Virus record (IMG/VR): IMGVR_UViG_2651869694_000011
Origin: a virus
Lineage: Duplodnaviria; Heunggongvirae; Uroviricota; Caudoviricetes
Strand: one strand, 5' to 3'
DNA length: 17,082 nt
The first letter of the stretch is position 1, and every line of letters starts with the position of its first letter. Both the position numbers and the translations under genes were made by a program. A model generated the notes under the pieces. It was not told the origin of the DNA. It saw nothing but the letters and a program-made list of their open reading frames with translations, and searched no databases. Below are positions 14,393-17,082 of the stretch, one piece after another.

Positions 14393-14419
14393 AAGCCACC
14401 GGAAGGTGGTTTTTTTGTG
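14393..14419 (+). terminator. Rho-independent terminator ~100 nt downstream of the Q-like gene (tR'-like)
   Basis: Hairpin ccacc-ggaa-ggtgg (14396-14409) followed by a T7 run (14410-14416). Confidence 0.6.
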
Positions 14420-14539
14420 TCCGTAATATACAGCAGCGCAATAAATTCGCTGGTGGTTATTAATACCGTTCTTTCAGGTTGCTGGCTTTTTCGACAAGAG
14501 TTATTGGTGTGTCACGTTAACCGGAAAAGGGAAAAAGAC

Positions 14540-14737
14540 ATGCTGAAACAGCAGGATATGACAGAAACCGCCAGAGTGGTGTTTAATGAATTAAGCGTTA
14601 CCGACCCGGCGACAGTCGGGGAGATTGCGCAGAATACTTACCTTTCACGCGAACGCTGCCAGTTAATACTGACCCAGCTGGTTATGGCGGGTCTGGCAGA
14701 CTATCAGTTTGGTTGTTACAGACGCCTTCAGTCCTGA
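14540..14737 (+). CDS. Hypothetical small protein (65 aa), possible HTH
   Basis: ATG at 14540 within track ORF 14417..14737. Sequence TVGEIAQNTYLSRERCQLILTQLVMAGLAD. The stop lies inside a strong terminator hairpin. Confidence 0.5.
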   Translation: MLKQQDMTETARVVFNELSVTDPATVGEIAQNTYLSRERCQLILTQLVMAGLADYQFGCYRRLQS

Positions 14738-14752
14738 AGGCTTTTTTATTTG
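14724..14752 (+). terminator. Rho-independent terminator
   Basis: 8-bp stem gccttcag / ctgaaggc (14724-14741) followed by ttttttatttg. Confidence 0.75.
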
Positions 14753-14855
14753 TGGTAAATGGGCGGCTGGTGGGTGTAAGGGGCACCCACCAGCCATCTG
14801 CTCATGCGTTGGGTTCACAAGCAAACCTCAGGCCCACTGCTTTGCGCAAAAGCAG

Positions 14856-15071
14856 AATGAGCCTATCGAAAAACCGGCAGAAATGTTGCAGCAGATAATC
14901 AGCGCAAGCAGTCGTCCGGGAGACCTGGTTGCAGATTTCTTCATGGGGTCGGGGTCGACAGTGAAAGCAGCGATGGCGCTGGGACGTCGTGCAACTGGCG
15001 TTGAACTGGAGACTGAACGTTTTGAGCAGACGGTGCGGGAAGTACAGGATTTAATCATTCGTAACGGATGA
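14856..15071 (+). pseudogene. 3' fragment of a DNA N6-adenine/N4-cytosine methyltransferase gene (retains motif I, lacks the catalytic motif IV region)
   Basis: C-terminal ~70 codons of track ORF 14709..15071: EKPAEMLQQIISASSRPGDLVADFFMGSGSTVKAAMALGRRATGVELE matches the HPTQKP...DPFxGSGTT SAM-binding region of beta-class MTases. No (D/N)PP(Y/F) motif upstream; the upstream ORF residues look unrelated. Confidence 0.6.
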
Positions 15072-15111
15072 GATTGCGGAGTTAATCACGCGTCGTTATT
15101 ATTCAGCAATC

Positions 15112-15187
15112 GGCCCTTTAGCTCAGTGGTGAGAGCGAGCGACTCATAATCGCCAGGTCGCTGGTTCAAATCCAGCAAGGGCCACCA
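15112..15187 (+). tRNA. tRNA with CAU anticodon, most similar to E. coli tRNA-Ile2 (ileX/ileZ type); could alternatively be annotated tRNA-Met
   Basis: Manual cloverleaf: acceptor GGCCCTT/AAGGGCC, D-arm GCTC/GAGC, anticodon loop CTCATAA, T-loop GGTTCAAATCC, 3' CCA encoded. One A-C mismatch at the base of the anticodon stem. Confidence 0.9.
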
Positions 15188-15267
15188 ACCGCCACTAGCT
15201 CATCAGGAAAGAACGTCACCCTGTGCGAGATTCGGAGTCCCCGATGGCGGTCCATTATCGGTATTCT

Positions 15268-15344
15268 GCGTTGTTAGCTCAGCCGGACAGAGCAATTGCC
15301 TTCTAAGCAATCGGTCACTGGTTCGAATCCAGTACAACGCACCA
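15268..15344 (+). tRNA. tRNA-Arg (anticodon UCU, reads AGA/AGG)
   Basis: Manual cloverleaf: acceptor GCGTTGT/ACAACGC, D-arm GCTC/GAGC, anticodon stem ATTGC/GCAAT with loop CTTCTAA, T-arm ACTGG-TTCGAAT-CCAGT, discriminator A plus CCA. Confidence 0.9.
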
Positions 15345-15662
15345 CACCACACTTATCTGCCCTGACTCTCTTTTGCGGGCTTTTTATTACAGGAAAGACA
15401 CCGGACAGTGAAATGTTAAATGCCTCACAATTCAGGCAGTTGACTGTTGCCTGACATGCTGAGCGTTTGTTAAAAAAATCCTGCATGATGAATCCCCCTG
15501 AGCGGCGGGGCATAATGACAGATGTTTGGTTGCGTATTGTATAGGCAAGTTGCGGATTCTGTCTGGTCATTGCAGAATTCACCGGGAGGCACCCGGCATC
15601 ATGCTGTATACAGAGATTAGGCATATATCCAGGCTTCTCATCGCAGGAGCCTTTTTACATGC

Positions 15663-15688
15663 AAAAAAAAGCCCGAGTGGGTTCGGGC
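15663..15688 (-). terminator. Rho-independent terminator oriented on the minus strand, with no annotated upstream minus-strand gene
   Basis: Plus strand shows an A8 run (15663-15670) then hairpin gcccga-gtgggt-tcgggc (15671-15688), which reads as hairpin plus U8 on the minus strand. Confidence 0.55.
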
Positions 15689-15748
15689 AACAGCATGAGA
15701 TACTTGCATTGTCATTTTTATCGTGTGGATTTTAACCAGGGTTTATAA

Positions 15749-15780
15749 GGCTGCGCAACTGCGCGGCCTTTTTCGTTTTG
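15749..15780 (+). terminator. Rho-independent terminator upstream of nanS-p
   Basis: 9-bp stem ggctgcgca / tgcgcggcc (one G-U pair) followed by tttttcgttttg. Confidence 0.7.
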
Positions 15781-15867
15781 CGGGCTGCGGTTCTCCTCTT
15801 TTGATTCTCCTTGTGGCCGGACCGTGGCCCGCAACTGTTGAGGAAAATCCCGGAAAGGGGAGGAATA

Positions 15868-17082
15868 ATGGCATTTAAACACTATGACGTGGTCAGGGCG
15901 GCGTCGCCGTCAGACCTTGCGGAAAAGCTGACACACAAACTGAAAGAGGGCTGGCAGCCGTTTGGTAGTCCGGTGGCCATAACCCCTTATACCCTGATGC
16001 AGGCGATTGCAGCAGAAGGTGATGTGGTGGTCAGTGGTGCAACTGAGCCGGATTGGTACTACGTCATCGTACTGGCCGGGCAGTCCAATGCAATGGCTTA
16101 CGGGGAAGGGCTTCCGCTTCCGGATTCATACGATGCTCCGGATCCGCGCATTAAACAGCTGGCGCGCCGCAGTACAGTTACGCCGGGTGGGGCTGCCTGC
16201 AGATATAACGATATTATTCCGGCCGACCACTGCCTGCATGATGTGCAGGATATGAGTACGCTGAATCATCCGAAGGCAGACCTGAGCAAAGGGCAGTACG
16301 GCTGTGTCGGCCAGGGCTTACATATTGCCAAAAAACTGCTTCCGTATATCCCGAATAACGCGGGGATCCTGCTGGTACCATGCTGTCGTGGTGGTTCTGC
16401 ATTCACCCAGGGCGCTGAGGGGACATTCAGTGCGGACACGGGGGCCAGCCAGGATTCGGCACGCTGGGGTGTGGGTAAACCGTTATATCAGGACCTGATT
16501 GCGCGCACTAAAGCTGCATTACAGAAGAACCCGAAAAATGTGTTGCTGGCGGTGTGCTGGATGCAGGGAGAGTTTGACATGAGCGCCGCCACCCACGCAC
16601 AGCAACCTGCGCTGTTTACAGCCATGCTGACACAGTTTCGTGCTGACCTCTCCGTGTTTAACGCGCAGTGCCATGGTGGCAGTGCTGCAGATGTGCCGTG
16701 GATTTGTGGTGACACGACGTATTACTGGAAAAATACCTACGGCACGCAGTACAACACCATTTACGGGGCGTACAAAAACAGGGAGAGTGAGGGCGTTTAT
16801 TTTGTGCCCTTCATGACAGACGGTAACGGCGTCAATACCGCCACTAACGCGCCGGCAGAAGATCCGGATATTCCGGCATCAGGATATTACGGTGCGGCAT
16901 CGAGAACGAATGGAAACCAGGTATCATCAAACCGCCCGACACATTTCAGTTCATGGGTGCGCAGGAGCATTATTCCGGATCGTATGGCAACCGCTATTCT
17001 GAACGCAGCCGGGCGCACCTCAGCCTTCATCAGTGGTAAGGCACCGGAAATCAAACCCTCGCCCGGCGGCAACACGCCATCG
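15868..17082 (+). CDS. nanS: Prophage sialate 9-O-acetylesterase NanS-p-like protein (N-terminal DUF1737-like extension plus SASA/SGNH esterase domain); 3' end outside the window
   Basis: Open reading frame without a stop from the ATG at 15868 to the window end (405 codons, hand-translated; absent from the ORF track because it has no stop). Strong SD GGGGAGG. YYVIVLAGQSNAMAYGEGLPLPDS...RIKQLAR...NDIIP...HDVQDM...ILLVPCCRGGSAF...CWMQGEFD closely parallels E. coli NanS (YjhS) as recalled. Confidence 0.85.
   Translation, partial: MAFKHYDVVRAASPSDLAEKLTHKLKEGWQPFGSPVAITPYTLMQAIAAEGDVVVSGATEPDWYYVIVLAGQSNAMAYGEGLPLPDSYDAPDPRIKQLARRSTVTPGGAACRYNDIIPADHCLHDVQDMSTLNHPKADLSKGQYGCVGQGLHIAKKLLPYIPNNAGILLVPCCRGGSAFTQGAEGTFSADTGASQDSARWGVGKPLYQDLIARTKAALQKNPKNVLLAVCWMQGEFDMSAATHAQQPALFTAMLTQFRADLSVFNAQCHGGSAADVPWICGDTTYYWKNTYGTQYNTIYGAYKNRESEGVYFVPFMTDGNGVNTATNAPAEDPDIPASGYYGAASRTNGNQVSSNRPTHFSSWVRRSIIPDRMATAILNAAGRTSAFISGKAPEIKPSPGGNTPS

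Noticed and set aside
14417-14539. N-terminal extension of the small HTH ORF (track ORF start 14417)
   Set aside because: It begins inside the T-run of the upstream terminator with no RBS; the internal ATG at 14540 is more plausible.
15189-15255. A third tRNA gene between the two called tRNAs
   Set aside because: Acceptor-like ends pair at 6 of 7 positions, but I could not build a D-arm or T-arm with a canonical T-loop; treated as a remnant rather than a functional tRNA.
15274-15624. Minus-strand track ORF of 116 aa
   Set aside because: It overlaps the tRNA-Arg gene on the opposite strand and has no RBS.
16007-16498. Track ORFs 16007..16255 (+), 16214..16402 (-) and 16304..16498 (+)
   Set aside because: They are out-of-frame or antisense fragments inside the nanS-p-like reading frame, which is open from 15868 to the window end.

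Overview
This window reads as the left arm of a lambdoid prophage of an Escherichia/Shigella-like host, running from the integrase end to the start of the late region. All calls come from reading the sequence and recalling protein families; no searches were run. Gene order: a DUF2335-like membrane protein gene, then int and xis (minus strand), a large RecE-like/DEDDh exonuclease, a Qin-like ydfD-dicB-dicF module, the immunity switch (cI-like repressor with S24 peptidase domain, divergent Cro/DicC-like and YdaT-like genes, matching OL/OR palindromes), lambda O-like and P-like replication genes with iterons inside the O-like gene, a block of small uncharacterised genes, a complete hok/sok-type toxin locus, a DUF968/Ref-like HNH protein, RusA, a Q-like antiterminator candidate, a DNA methyltransferase fragment, two tRNAs (Ile2-CAU and Arg-UCU) and the 5' part of a nanS-p-like sialate O-acetylesterase gene. 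I did not find a clearly novel multi-gene system. The best candidates for undescribed biology are the four translationally coupled small genes at 9517-10587, the small hydrophobic ORF beside the hok locus, the orphan exonuclease fusion, and the toxin-free gap between the tRNAs and nanS-p.
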